From NCBI GenBank assembly GCA_017619975.1, contig JAFZRH010000031.1:1459-65458 (forward strand): a stretch of 64,000 bases of DNA, written 5' to 3'. The stretch is from Lachnospiraceae bacterium (lineage in GTDB: Bacteria; Bacillota; Clostridia; Lachnospirales; Lachnospiraceae). The notes below the pieces were generated by a model. It was not told the origin of the DNA and searched no databases. It was given only the letters and a program-made list of their open reading frames with translations. Made by a program: the position numbers and the translations under genes. Shown here piece by piece: positions 44,224 through 52,880 of the stretch (position 1 is the first letter of the stretch; every line of letters begins with the position of its first letter).

Positions 44224-45447
44224 TTACGCGTTGAACATCAGCTTGTCGCTGTCGAAGATCCTCGCGAGCAGCGCCGTCAGGGCGGCGGCCAGAAGCGCTG
44301 TCACGCCGAAGCTGACCAGAAAGCCCGCGGCGGAAAGCTCGCCCGTGCAGATATCCTGCAGCGCCAGCGCGTTGCCGTAGAGCGGGATCGCGTAGCGGGT
44401 CAGCGAGTTCTTCGCGCCTCCGCTGAACATGGTCATCAGCGCGCAGGCCAGCACCACCATGTAGACAGGCGTCACCAGCGTGCTTGCGCTTTTCACGTCC
44501 TTCGAGACGGAGGAGAGCACGGCGATCACCGCCACGAAAAGGTAGTCCACCACGATCAGCATCAGGCCCAGCTCCAGGATCTGCCCCGCGCTGAACGAGA
44601 CGCCGCCGAAGCCGCCTTCGCCGCCCATCGCGTTCCCCATCATGGTCATGGCAAGGATCATGGAGACCGCATAGACCACCGAGGAGAGCGCCGCGATGAT
44701 CGCGAGCGCGATCACCTTGCCGGCCGCAATATCGGTCCGCTTCACCGGCGCGATCAGCATGGAAGCCAGCGTGCCGCGTTCCTTTTCGCCGGCGAAGGCG
44801 TCCACGCTGATGCTCATGGCGCCGGAGAAGAGCATGATCATGATCATGTACGGGAACATCGTCGCGATGAAGCGGGAATTCGCCTTGGCTTCCTTCACGA
44901 TCTCTGTGTCCTTCTGTTCAAAGACCACGATCTGCTCCAGATTCCCCAGCCGTTCCTGCAGCAGCATCATCCGGTAGGTCTCCAGCACGCCGGAAAAGAC
45001 GGCGTAAGCCTGCTGCGAATAGTTCTCCGCGCTGTTGAAAAGGATTTGGATCCCGGGGATCTTGTCGCCCTGACCTTGGTAAGCCGAAAAGACGTCTTCA
45101 AAGTCCGCATCCAGCACCACGATCAGATCCGCGAAGCCTTCCCGCAGATCTTCTGTGAGGCGCCCTTCCATCGTCAAAAACGCTTCTTCCGACAGATAGT
45201 CGATCGAGGCGTTTTGCGCAAAGCCCGCCGCGGCGGCCGCGGCCTTTAAGCCGTCCGTCGCGTTGACGATATAGGTGACGGGCACGTGCGTTTCAATGTC
45301 TTCGGACATGTTTCTTTCCAGCATCCCGATGAGCCCGTACAGCCCGAACATCAGCACGGCCGGCAGAATAAACAGAGAAATGATAAGCTTTTTGTCGCTG
45401 AAAACACGGTACAGCTCTTTTTTCAGGACCAGAAGAATGTTTCTCAC
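44224..45447 (-). CDS. ABC-2 family transporter permease (NatB-like)
   Basis: 407 aa. An N-terminal TM, a large external loop and a C-terminal 5-TM ABC-2 block. It lies immediately downstream of its ATPase. Confidence 0.8.
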   Translation of the reverse strand: MRNILLVLKKELYRVFSDKKLIISLFILPAVLMFGLYGLIGMLERNMSEDIETHVPVTYIVNATDGLKAAAAAAGFAQNASIDYLSEEAFLTMEGRLTEDLREGFADLIVVLDADFEDVFSAYQGQGDKIPGIQILFNSAENYSQQAYAVFSGVLETYRMMLLQERLGNLEQIVVFEQKDTEIVKEAKANSRFIATMFPYMIMIMLFSGAMSISVDAFAGEKERGTLASMLIAPVKRTDIAAGKVIALAIIAALSSVVYAVSMILAMTMMGNAMGGEGGFGGVSFSAGQILELGLMLIVVDYLFVAVIAVLSSVSKDVKSASTLVTPVYMVVLACALMTMFSGGAKNSLTRYAIPLYGNALALQDICTGELSAAGFLVSFGVTALLAAALTALLARIFDSDKLMFNA

Positions 45448-45450
45448 TCG

Positions 45451-46221
45451 TTAAGCCTCCCCGTACTCTTTGTATAAGCGGAAGAACGCGTCCTCCAGAT
45501 CGTCCGTGCCGGTCTCAGCCAAGAGCTCCTGCAGCGTGCCCTCCGCGACTTTCTTTCCGCCGATCAGGATCCCGATGCGGTCGCAGAGCTTTTCCGCTTC
45601 GCTCATGATATGCGTCGAGACGACAACGGTCTTGCCCTTATCCCGAAGCTCCCGCAGATAATCCAGCACGGTGCGGGCCGTCAGGATATCCAGGCCGGAG
45701 GTCGGCTCGTCGAAGATGACGACCTGCGGATCGTGCACCAGCGTGACCGCGATGGCCGCCTTCTGCTTCATGCCGGTCGAGAGCTCGCTGATTTTTTTGT
45801 CCGCGAAGCCCCCGATATCGAAGATGGTAAAGAGCTCCTCCCGACGGCGGGCGATCTCCTCTTCCGTCATGCCGTGCAGCTGTCCGAAGAAGTGAAACAG
45901 GTAGGACGGCGTGAAATGCGGATCCAGATTGATCTCGTTGGTAAGGAAGGCGATGGCACCGCGCACCTTTTCGCCTTCACCCACCGTGTCGAAGCCGTTT
46001 ACGCTCACGCTCCCCTCCGTGGGTTTTAAGAGCGTGGCGATGCAGCGGAGCGTCGTGGTCTTGCCGGCCCCGTTCGGGCCGAGCAGCCCGTAAATCTCGC
46101 CGGGCCTGGCTTCAAAGCTGACCCCGCTTACCGCGATCTTGCGGCCTTCGGAGGTCTTCAGTTCCTTCATTTTTTTCGCACTCAGCTTGTAGACCTTGCT
46201 CAGGTTCTGAACTGAAATCAT
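45451..46221 (-). CDS. ABC transporter ATP-binding protein (NatA-like)
   Basis: 256 aa. [29 protein letters not shown]. Confidence 0.9.
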   Translation of the reverse strand: MISVQNLSKVYKLSAKKMKELKTSEGRKIAVSGVSFEARPGEIYGLLGPNGAGKTTTLRCIATLLKPTEGSVSVNGFDTVGEGEKVRGAIAFLTNEINLDPHFTPSYLFHFFGQLHGMTEEEIARRREELFTIFDIGGFADKKISELSTGMKQKAAIAVTLVHDPQVVIFDEPTSGLDILTARTVLDYLRELRDKGKTVVVSTHIMSEAEKLCDRIGILIGGKKVAEGTLQELLAETGTDDLEDAFFRLYKEYGEA

Positions 46222-46282
46222 GACAATATTTTCCTTTCGTCTTGCCCTCCCCCGGACGCGGAGGAGGGTGCCCCGAAGGGGC

Positions 46283-46299
46283 GGGTGAGGGCGACTTGC
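46283..46299. repeat. Left arm of 17-bp perfect inverted repeat flanking the RHH-ABC exporter cassette
   Basis: GGGTGAGGGCGACTTGC is the exact reverse complement of 49257-49273. An outer 13-bp pair CTTGCCCTCCCCC (46241-46253) matches GGGGGAGGGCAAG (49412-49424). Confidence 0.8.
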
Positions 46300-46302
46300 T
46301 CG

Positions 46303-47901
46303 TTACAGTTCCGCGAAGCGCTTCACGCCCCGGGTCTTCAGCCACTGCCAGAGCAGAACATCGATCAGGGCAATCACACAGCCAGCGATCGTGAGATACC
46401 AGAGCGCGCCGATTTCCTGACCGATCAGGAAATACAGACCGATCAGCGCCGCGCCGTACGCCATCATCGCAAACAGATAGATCAGCACCGACAGGCTCTG
46501 CTTGATAGGCATCAGCTCGTTGGTCCAGGTCAGATTTACGTGACGGATGCCGAGCATCAGACCGAAGAGTGCGCCGAACAGGACCGTCAGCACCGGAAGC
46601 AGCAGCATGAGGATCAGCTCCGCCGCGCCGGGTTTATAGATGATGACCGCGCAGACGGCGCAGAGCAGCGTCGGGACCAAAGTCAGACGAAGCTGCACCG
46701 ACAGCTTGGCTTTTAAGACATCCCAGGCAGTAACCGGCAGCGATTTGACGATCCAGAGCGATTTTCCTTCCAGGGAAACGGAAGGGACCACCATGTCGTT
46801 CATACCAGCCAGGGCGCAGATGGAGCCTGTCAGCAGCACCAGCACGGCCCCGGGCATCTGACCGAAGACCATCTGAAGCACCGGCATGAATTCAGGGCCC
46901 TTCCAGAGGAGCGCGGCGGCGGCCAGGATCGAGAGAACCGAAAACAGCCCGCAGTTCAGCATATAGTTGGCGCTGGACGTAAAGCGGCCCATTTCTTTTG
47001 CAATAAGCGTCCGGGACAGACTGCGCTCCTTCGCGGTCTTTTCGCGGTAAACGGTCTTCGTCCCGCCGTCCACCGCGGTCGCGATCTTCGTAAAGCTCCG
47101 GATGAGGATCAGCCAGACCACCGCGCAGAGCAGCGCGACCACCGCCACCGAGACCAACACGGGGATCGCTTTGCCCTCTCCGACTTCCCCGAAGGTCTTC
47201 ATAAACCCCAGAGAGCCGCTGAGTTTCCCGGTATATTCATCCAGGTGACTCATGAATTCCTGCAGCTTTTCCTGCGCCTTGAAATAGAAGTAATAATAAA
47301 CGCCGATAAATACCAGCGCGATCACCGTCGTAATATAGCTCTTGTTCTTGAGCTTCACGCTGATCCGGGCCACCCCGTAGCCCAGAAGGCAGCTTAACGC
47401 CAGCACGATCGCCGAGACTAAAAGCAGCAGCACAATCCCGCCGATGATTTCAGCCGCGCCGGGCTTTAAGGCTTTCCAGTACGCAATCAGCGCCGGGACC
47501 ATCACGATGCCGGAGAACAGAAGGCCCATCAGGTACACGCCCACGATCCGGGCGGTCACGATGGTCCGCACCGGGATCGGCATGGAGAGCAAAAGATCGT
47601 TGTCCTTGGCCAGATACAGGCCGGCATAGGTGGTAAAGACGCTTCCCAGGAGGCCGAGCACGATGGCGATGAGGCTCATTAAGGCGAAATACAGCCAGCC
47701 GAGATCGTACGCGGCAAGCGGATAGGCGAGAGCGCCGGCCAGCGCGTAAAACATGCCGCCGAGCAGGCCGAACATCAGCACCGCAAAGAGCGCGATCAGC
47801 ACGATCGTCGCGGCCTTCGAGCGGGCTTTGTTTTTCTTCGCGTCGTAGAAATAGCCCCGGAAGATCTCCGTTAATTGTTTTTTGACAAGCAGGCCGAGCA
47901 T
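46303..47901 (-). CDS. Multi-pass membrane protein, putative ABC exporter permease
   Basis: 532 aa with about 12 hydrophobic segments. Its start abuts the stop of the ATPase gene 47902..48609. Confidence 0.7.
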   Translation of the reverse strand: MLGLLVKKQLTEIFRGYFYDAKKNKARSKAATIVLIALFAVLMFGLLGGMFYALAGALAYPLAAYDLGWLYFALMSLIAIVLGLLGSVFTTYAGLYLAKDNDLLLSMPIPVRTIVTARIVGVYLMGLLFSGIVMVPALIAYWKALKPGAAEIIGGIVLLLLVSAIVLALSCLLGYGVARISVKLKNKSYITTVIALVFIGVYYYFYFKAQEKLQEFMSHLDEYTGKLSGSLGFMKTFGEVGEGKAIPVLVSVAVVALLCAVVWLILIRSFTKIATAVDGGTKTVYREKTAKERSLSRTLIAKEMGRFTSSANYMLNCGLFSVLSILAAAALLWKGPEFMPVLQMVFGQMPGAVLVLLTGSICALAGMNDMVVPSVSLEGKSLWIVKSLPVTAWDVLKAKLSVQLRLTLVPTLLCAVCAVIIYKPGAAELILMLLLPVLTVLFGALFGLMLGIRHVNLTWTNELMPIKQSLSVLIYLFAMMAYGAALIGLYFLIGQEIGALWYLTIAGCVIALIDVLLWQWLKTRGVKRFAEL

Positions 47902-48609
47902 TTATTTCTCCTCCAGTTCCAGGAAGACCTCTTCCAGGGAATCGTCTCCTTTTACTTCCTCCATGGTGCCGGAACGGATCAGGCGGCCGTTTTTGATGAT
48001 CGCGACCTTGTCGCAAAGCTTCTCCGCCACCTCCAGCACGTGCGTGGAGAAGAAGATGGCGCCGCCCCGGTCGCAGAGCTCGCGCATCATCTGCTTTAAA
48101 AGATGCGCGGCCGTCGGATCCAGTCCCACGAAGGGCTCGTCCATGAGGATCAGCCGCGGCTCATGCAGAAAAGCGCTGATCACGGCCAGCTTCTGCTTCA
48201 TGCCGTGGGAATAGGACGCGATCGGCTGCGCCAGGTCCGCAGTCAGCTTGAAGCGCTCCGCCAGATCATGAATGCGCGCTTTCCGCTCTTCCGCGGGGAC
48301 TTTGAAAACGTCCCCGATGAAGTTCAGATATTTGATCCCGGTCATGAATTCGTAGAGGTCGGGATTGTCCGGGATGTACGCCAGCCGGCGCTTCGCCTCC
48401 AGCGGGTCCGCTTTGACGGAGACGCCGTCGATATAGATCTCGCCTTCGTCGAAGCGCAGGATGCCCACCGCAGACTTTAAGGTCGTGGTCTTGCCGGCGC
48501 CGTTGTGGCCGATGAAGCCGTAGATCTCGCCCGGCGCAATGTGCAGGTTCAGGTCGTCGACCGCGACCTTCTCACCGTACTTTTTCGTTAAATGTTCGAT
48601 ACGAAGCAT
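47902..48609 (-). CDS. ABC transporter ATP-binding protein
   Basis: 235 aa. GHNGAGKTT, YSHGMKQKL, LILMDEPFVGLD. Confidence 0.9.
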   Translation of the reverse strand: MLRIEHLTKKYGEKVAVDDLNLHIAPGEIYGFIGHNGAGKTTTLKSAVGILRFDEGEIYIDGVSVKADPLEAKRRLAYIPDNPDLYEFMTGIKYLNFIGDVFKVPAEERKARIHDLAERFKLTADLAQPIASYSHGMKQKLAVISAFLHEPRLILMDEPFVGLDPTAAHLLKQMMRELCDRGGAIFFSTHVLEVAEKLCDKVAIIKNGRLIRSGTMEEVKGDDSLEEVFLELEEK

Positions 48610-48671
48610 AACTCTCTCCTCTTATGTACTTCTGATATAGTCAAATAGATTTCTCTCAACTGTCTCCATAT

Positions 48672-48969
48672 GCGCCTCGCTGCCTCGACGAATCCTTCTG
48701 TCAAACGCGTGCCCCACTGCGTGAACCACGCGAATCGCCCTCGTTCGGCGACCTTCCGGAATTGAAAGATCACAGTCAGGTCGCCTCAAGGGGCACTCCA
48801 GAAGGATTGTCGGGCGCGCTCGGCGCAGTTTCGGTCCGCACGCCAGATATCTATTCCATCATGTATCTCGTGCGATTGGTGCGCCGAGCGCGCCCGAATA
48901 AACTTTTCGAACGCCCCTTGAGCGCAAGCGAAGCGGGCTGAGAAAAGTTTTATCGAGGCAGCGAGGCGC
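48672..48969. other. 298-nt nested inverted-repeat domain (structured RNA leader or nested MITE); family unknown
   Basis: Closing 17-bp perfect pair 48672-48688 / 48953-48969. Internal helices are 48686-48715 with 48790-48812, 48747-48754 with 48778-48785, 48811-48827 with 48880-48896 (17 bp perfect), and 48901-48908 with 48942-48949. No credible ORF. Confidence 0.7.
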
Positions 48970-49024
48970 TTAGCAAATCATTTCAGGCCACAAGACGCTC
49001 AACGGCCGCTCGGCGCCTCTACCT

Positions 49025-49228
49025 CTATTGGATGTCCAGCTCGATCGGCTCATCGAGCGTCTCGGACACATACTTTCCGTTCTTTTTGCGCTGCCGCACG
49101 CACTCCGTCAGCAAATACTCGATCTGCCCGTTCACCGAGCGGAAATCGTCCTCCGCCCAGGCCGCGATCGCGTTGTACAATTTCGGCGAAAGACGAAGCG
49201 GCACCTGTTTTTTCTGATTATCATTCAT
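49025..49228 (-). CDS. Arc/MetJ-type ribbon-helix-helix DNA-binding protein
   Basis: 67 aa. [36 protein letters not shown] fits the Arc-like RHH pattern (beta strand, then two helices with an RS.N motif). AAAGGAG SD. Confidence 0.7.
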   Translation of the reverse strand: MNDNQKKQVPLRLSPKLYNAIAAWAEDDFRSVNGQIEYLLTECVRQRKKNGKYVSETLDEPIELDIQ

Positions 49229-49256
49229 GCAAATGACGCTCCTTTCTTAGTTTTCT

Positions 49257-49273
49257 GCAAGTCGCCCTCACCC
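49257..49273. repeat. Right arm of 17-bp perfect inverted repeat flanking the RHH-ABC exporter cassette
   Basis: GCAAGTCGCCCTCACCC, 29 nt upstream of the RHH gene ATG. It is followed by the palindrome GTCAGC-TGC-GCTGAC (49275-49289) and the hairpin 49301-49347. Confidence 0.8.
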
Positions 49274-49431
49274 AGTCAGCTGCGCTGACATCCCTCCCTC
49301 CACCGTCAACGAAAAAGCTTCCCTTTCGGTCGCTTTTTCGGACGGTGTCAAGAAAACCGTCTCGCTTCATCCGCCGCCGGCGGCGCTTCGGCGGTTTTCA
49401 CCCCCTCTTCAGGGGGAGGGCAAGGTTTGCT

Positions 49432-50457
49432 TTAGTACAGGCTGCCGGAATTGACCACCGGCTGGGCGTCGCGGTTGCCGCAGAGCACCACCAGCAGGTT
49501 CGAAACCATCGCCGCCTTGCGCTCCTCGTCCAGTTCCACCGTGTGGTTCTCGGACAGGCGCTCCAGCGCCATCTCCACCATGCCGACCGCGCCGTCCACG
49601 ATCATCTTCCGCGCGTCGATGATGGCCGAAGCCTGCTGCCGCTGCAGCATGACCGCCGCGATCTCCGGCGCGTAAGCCAGATAGGTAATGCGGGCTTCCA
49701 CGATCTCCAGGCCGGCCGTGCTGACCTTGGACTGGATCTCCTCGCGGATGCGCGCCGCCACGACTTCGCTCGAACCCCGGAGGGACCCTTCGTCCGCGAT
49801 GCCGTCGCCGGTCGTATCCACGCCGGGCGCTACGTCGTAGGGGTAGAGCCGCACGATGTTCCGCAGCGCGCTGTCGCACTGCAGGGACAGGTATTCCTTG
49901 TAATTGTCCACGTCGAAGACCGCCTTCGCCGTATCGACGACCCGCCAGATCACCGCGATGCCGATCTCCACCGGATTGCCGAGGCAGTCGTTGATCTTCT
50001 GCCGCGTGTTGCTTAAGGTCATCGCTTTCAAGGAGATCTTCTTATTGCCGAGCTTCCCGAGATTCAGATTCAGGTTCTCGGCCGAAGGAAGCACCAGCGT
50101 CTTCGGCTTCGGCGTGTCCACGTCGCCCGACTGGGACAGCTTGGTTTCCGCCGCCGGATTCACCGCCACGCAGAACGGATTCACCTGATAGAAGCCCGGT
50201 TCCTTGATGCTGCCGATGTATTTGCCGAACAGTGTCAGGACCAGCGCCTCCTGCGGGCCGACGACCTTCAGGCCCAGGAACGGGAGCCAGCCGACGCAGA
50301 GCCAGACAACACTCGCGATGAACAGGGCCAGTCCCTGCCCCTTGTCCATCAGGATGCCGCCGTAGATGCAGCCGCCGAGGGCCGCCAGATACAAAAGGAC
50401 CCAGATGAGAGCCAACATCAGGCCGTTTTTGCTTTTGTGCAGTACGATTTCTTTCAT
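49432..50457 (-). CDS. SPFH/Band 7 domain membrane protein
   Basis: 341 aa. Two N-terminal TM segments, an SPFH core and the C-terminal helical [23 protein letters not shown]. Confidence 0.85.
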   Translation of the reverse strand: MKEIVLHKSKNGLMLALIWVLLYLAALGGCIYGGILMDKGQGLALFIASVVWLCVGWLPFLGLKVVGPQEALVLTLFGKYIGSIKEPGFYQVNPFCVAVNPAAETKLSQSGDVDTPKPKTLVLPSAENLNLNLGKLGNKKISLKAMTLSNTRQKINDCLGNPVEIGIAVIWRVVDTAKAVFDVDNYKEYLSLQCDSALRNIVRLYPYDVAPGVDTTGDGIADEGSLRGSSEVVAARIREEIQSKVSTAGLEIVEARITYLAYAPEIAAVMLQRQQASAIIDARKMIVDGAVGMVEMALERLSENHTVELDEERKAAMVSNLLVVLCGNRDAQPVVNSGSLY

Positions 50458-50558
50458 GGGAAACTCCTTTCCTCTTCCTGCTATGCTGCCGCACGTTTTC
50501 CGGAAACTTTCACGGCTGAAAGCCGTGTCGCTGCCTGTGCGTAATTTTTGATATCACT

Positions 50559-50587
50559 ATGATATCAGTTCAATTTCTTTCTGTCAA
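50559..50587 (-). promoter_or_regulatory. Candidate promoter of SPFH gene overlapping a TGATATCA double palindrome
   Basis: On the - strand: TTGACA (50587-50582), 17-nt spacer, TATCAT (50564-50559). TGATATCA-CTA-TGATATCA spans 50549-50567. Confidence 0.5.
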
Positions 50588-50598
50588 GAGGAATTTTG

Positions 50599-50641
50599 AA
50601 AAAAGTGAGCCAGGGACGGTCTTTCCCGGCCCCCGGCTCAC
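50599..50641 (-). terminator. Terminator after thrC-like gene, carrying a variant REP core (GGGACGGTCT)
   Basis: GTGAGCC (50605-50611) pairs with GGCTCAC (50635-50641), followed on the - strand by TTTTTT. Confidence 0.6.
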
Positions 50642-50691
50642 CTTCGGCTCGCTGCCCGGCTCTCCGGCTCACTTCTGTCTGTGCTTTATGC

Positions 50692-51786
50692 TCAATGATC
50701 CGATTTCAGTCCCGCGCCGCACATGGTGATGAGGCAGTCCGGGGTTGGGCCGTACAGCTCGCAGTACCGTTCATAGGCCGCGTAATTCGCCGCCGTGGTA
50801 TGTTCGCAGTAAATGCCCTTCTTGGCCAGCGCGGCCCGCGCAGAAAGGATCGCATCTTCCGGGGCATGCACGAAGCGCACGCCGTATTTTTTCGCATACG
50901 CCAGGATCTCTTCCCCGCGCATCGGCTTGCCGATCGCGATGCCCTCCGCCAGCGTCGGACGCGGTGAAACGGCCGCCGGGTACGCCAGCCCTTCTTCGGC
51001 CGCCTTCAGCAGCGGATCGCAGTTTTCGCTCTGCAGCGCGATGATCTGCGGCATTTCCGCAAGGCAGCCCGCCGCCAGCAGTTCCTCCAGCGCTTTCACC
51101 GCGCCGAGGAACAGCGTGCCGTTTCCGACCGGGATCACCAGATGCTTCGGGATCCGTCCCAGCTGTTCGAACACTTCGTAGATATACGTTTTCGTGCCTT
51201 CATAGAAGAAGGGGTTGTAGACGTGATTCGCGTAATACACGCCTTCCCGTTCCACTTTTTCGCGGCAGACGTCCGCGCAGTGATCGCGGCTGCCGGGCAC
51301 GACGGTACAGACCGCGCCGTGCGCGCGGATCATGTCGATCTTCTTCGGGCTGGTGCCTTCCGGCACGAAGATCTCGCAGGCGATGCCCGCCTTCGCGCAG
51401 TACGCCGCCACGGCGTTGCCGGCATTGCCGCTGGAATCCTGCATCACGCGGTCCACGCCGATGGCTTTGCAGTGTGCGATCAGCACGGCTGCCCCGCGGT
51501 CCTTGAAAGACAGCGTCGGCATGAAATAATCCATCTTTAAGAGGACGTTTTCATCCAGCCGCACGACAGGCGTTAAGCCCTCGCCCAGCGTCACGCCCCG
51601 CCAGCTTTCATCCGCCAGCGCCATAAATTTCCGGTAGCGGAACTGGCTCCATTCGCCCCGGTCGACCTCACCCAAATCAAACTTCGGCGGTGTAAAGTCC
51701 AGCTGCCACAGTCCGCCGCACTCACAGTGCGCCTTCCGGGTCAAAACACTTTCCCGCCTGCCGCATTTTGCACAGATATATTCCAT
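50692..51786 (-). CDS. Threonine synthase-like PLP-dependent enzyme
   Basis: 364 aa from ATG 51786 with a GGGAGGAAG SD. N-terminal zinc ribbon CAKCG...CECGG and PLP-lysine motif PTLSFKDRGA. Fold-type II PLP enzyme. Confidence 0.78.
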   Translation of the reverse strand: MEYICAKCGRRESVLTRKAHCECGGLWQLDFTPPKFDLGEVDRGEWSQFRYRKFMALADESWRGVTLGEGLTPVVRLDENVLLKMDYFMPTLSFKDRGAAVLIAHCKAIGVDRVMQDSSGNAGNAVAAYCAKAGIACEIFVPEGTSPKKIDMIRAHGAVCTVVPGSRDHCADVCREKVEREGVYYANHVYNPFFYEGTKTYIYEVFEQLGRIPKHLVIPVGNGTLFLGAVKALEELLAAGCLAEMPQIIALQSENCDPLLKAAEEGLAYPAAVSPRPTLAEGIAIGKPMRGEEILAYAKKYGVRFVHAPEDAILSARAALAKKGIYCEHTTAANYAAYERYCELYGPTPDCLITMCGAGLKSDH

Positions 51787-51846
51787 TTTTCTTCCTCCCG
51801 GCCGCAGCATCGCCGCCGCCTTCTTCAACCGTTTCCGGGCGAGTCC

Positions 51847-52506
51847 TTACAGCACGCCGATCAGCACCAAAAACCAGAGCCCGAAGCTGATCAGAAGCGC
51901 CAGCGCGAGCAGCAGTAAGCCCCAGGAAAAGCCGCCTTTTCGGCCCTCTTTCGATGCTTCCACCAGTCCGCTCCTGCGAAGGGCCGTGACCACCGGCTTG
52001 TATAAAAGCAGCGCGAGGCCCGCGTTGATGCCGCCCTTCACCAGATTGAAGGGCAGAAAGACCGTCGCCAGCATGGCCGCCACTTTCTCGCGCGTTACGC
52101 CCATGTAGAGCGGCGTGATGATATAATTCCACAGCAGCATGCAGGCCGCCATCACGAGAACGCCCGCCCCCAGTCCGATCAGCGCGCCCTGTTTGGTGCG
52201 GCGGCGCTGATAGATCCAGGCAGCCGGCACCGTGAAAGCGCAGGAAGAGACCACGTTCATCAGAAGGCCGTAAGGGCCGGTGGAACTGACGGTCAGAAAT
52301 TCCAGAAGCGAAGTCAGCACCGAGACGATGACCGAAGTGAGCGGCCCGAAGATAAAGCCCGCGATCACGATCACGGCATCCTTCGGCTCGTAGCTTAAAA
52401 AGCCGTAGACCTTGGGAATGCCGCGCGCCGCCACGACGGCCAGATACGCGATCACCACGAACATGGCCGTACAGCAGATGTACTTTACGGAAAATTTGCT
52501 GTTCAT
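51847..52506 (-). CDS. ribU: ECF transporter S component, riboflavin-type (RibU) by riboswitch context
   Basis: 219 aa with 6 TM segments, immediately downstream of an FMN riboswitch. Confidence 0.8.
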   Translation of the reverse strand: MNSKFSVKYICCTAMFVVIAYLAVVAARGIPKVYGFLSYEPKDAVIVIAGFIFGPLTSVIVSVLTSLLEFLTVSSTGPYGLLMNVVSSCAFTVPAAWIYQRRRTKQGALIGLGAGVLVMAACMLLWNYIITPLYMGVTREKVAAMLATVFLPFNLVKGGINAGLALLLYKPVVTALRRSGLVEASKEGRKGGFSWGLLLLALALLISFGLWFLVLIGVL

Positions 52507-52516
52507 TGAGTTCCTC

Positions 52517-52705
52517 CCAAAAGAAAGTCCCGAAGCTTCCGGGGTGTTTCCCCGTCATCTTCGGGCTTGTCAGGAGACAGAATAAAGGCGGTATCCGTCT
52601 TCTTCCATCCAGACTGTACTGTCGGTACCGGAATTTCGCCGGTTCTGCCTAAGCTCGCGGACTTTGACCGCCGGTGGGGAATTTCGCCCCGCCCTGAAGA
52701 CAGGG
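52517..52705 (-). promoter_or_regulatory. FMN riboswitch (RFN element) with terminator expression platform
   Basis: The - strand reads GTCTTCAGGGCGGGGCGAAATTCCCCACCGGCGGTCAAAGTCCGCGAGC...GGCGAAATTCCGGTACCGACAGTACAGTCTGGATGGAAGAAGAC. This matches the conserved RFN core, with P1 GTCTTC/GAAGAC at 52701-52696 / 52602-52597. A terminator hairpin (52565-52529) and U-run follow. Confidence 0.88.
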
Positions 52706-52707
52706 TC

Positions 52708-52736
52708 ATTGTATCGGATTCCCCGCCGCCTGTCAA
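52708..52736 (-). promoter_or_regulatory. Promoter of the FMN riboswitch-ribU operon
   Basis: On the - strand: TTGACA (52736-52731), 17-nt spacer, TACAAT (52713-52708). Confidence 0.65.
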
Positions 52737-52813
52737 CGGAAAAATCCCCCCGGCCCGAAACCGCGCGCAGGCGCTGAAAAAAGCGGGGCAGCGTCCGGAC
52801 GCTGAAAAAACGC

Positions 52814-52842
52814 TTGTTTCCGGCTTTCTTTCGTTTTATAAT
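52814..52842 (+). promoter_or_regulatory. Candidate promoter of the shikimate operon
   Basis: TTGTTT (52814-52819), 17-nt spacer, TATAAT (52837-52842), 38 nt upstream of the aroF ATG. Confidence 0.55.
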
Positions 52843-52880
52843 AAAGTATTATTTTACTTTCCTGTTCAGCGAGGCAGCCT

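Noticed and set aside
48672-48969. Considered as retron msr/msd, group II intron fragment or known large ncRNA (OLE, GOLLD, ROOL, raiA)
   Set aside because: There is no reverse transcriptase or intron-encoded protein nearby. The size and motifs do not match what I remember of those RNAs, so I keep it as an unclassified structured element rather than naming a family.
52843-52880. T-box or amino-acid attenuator upstream of the shikimate operon
   Set aside because: The leader between the predicted -10 and aroF is only about 38 nt, too short for a T-box or leader-peptide attenuator.
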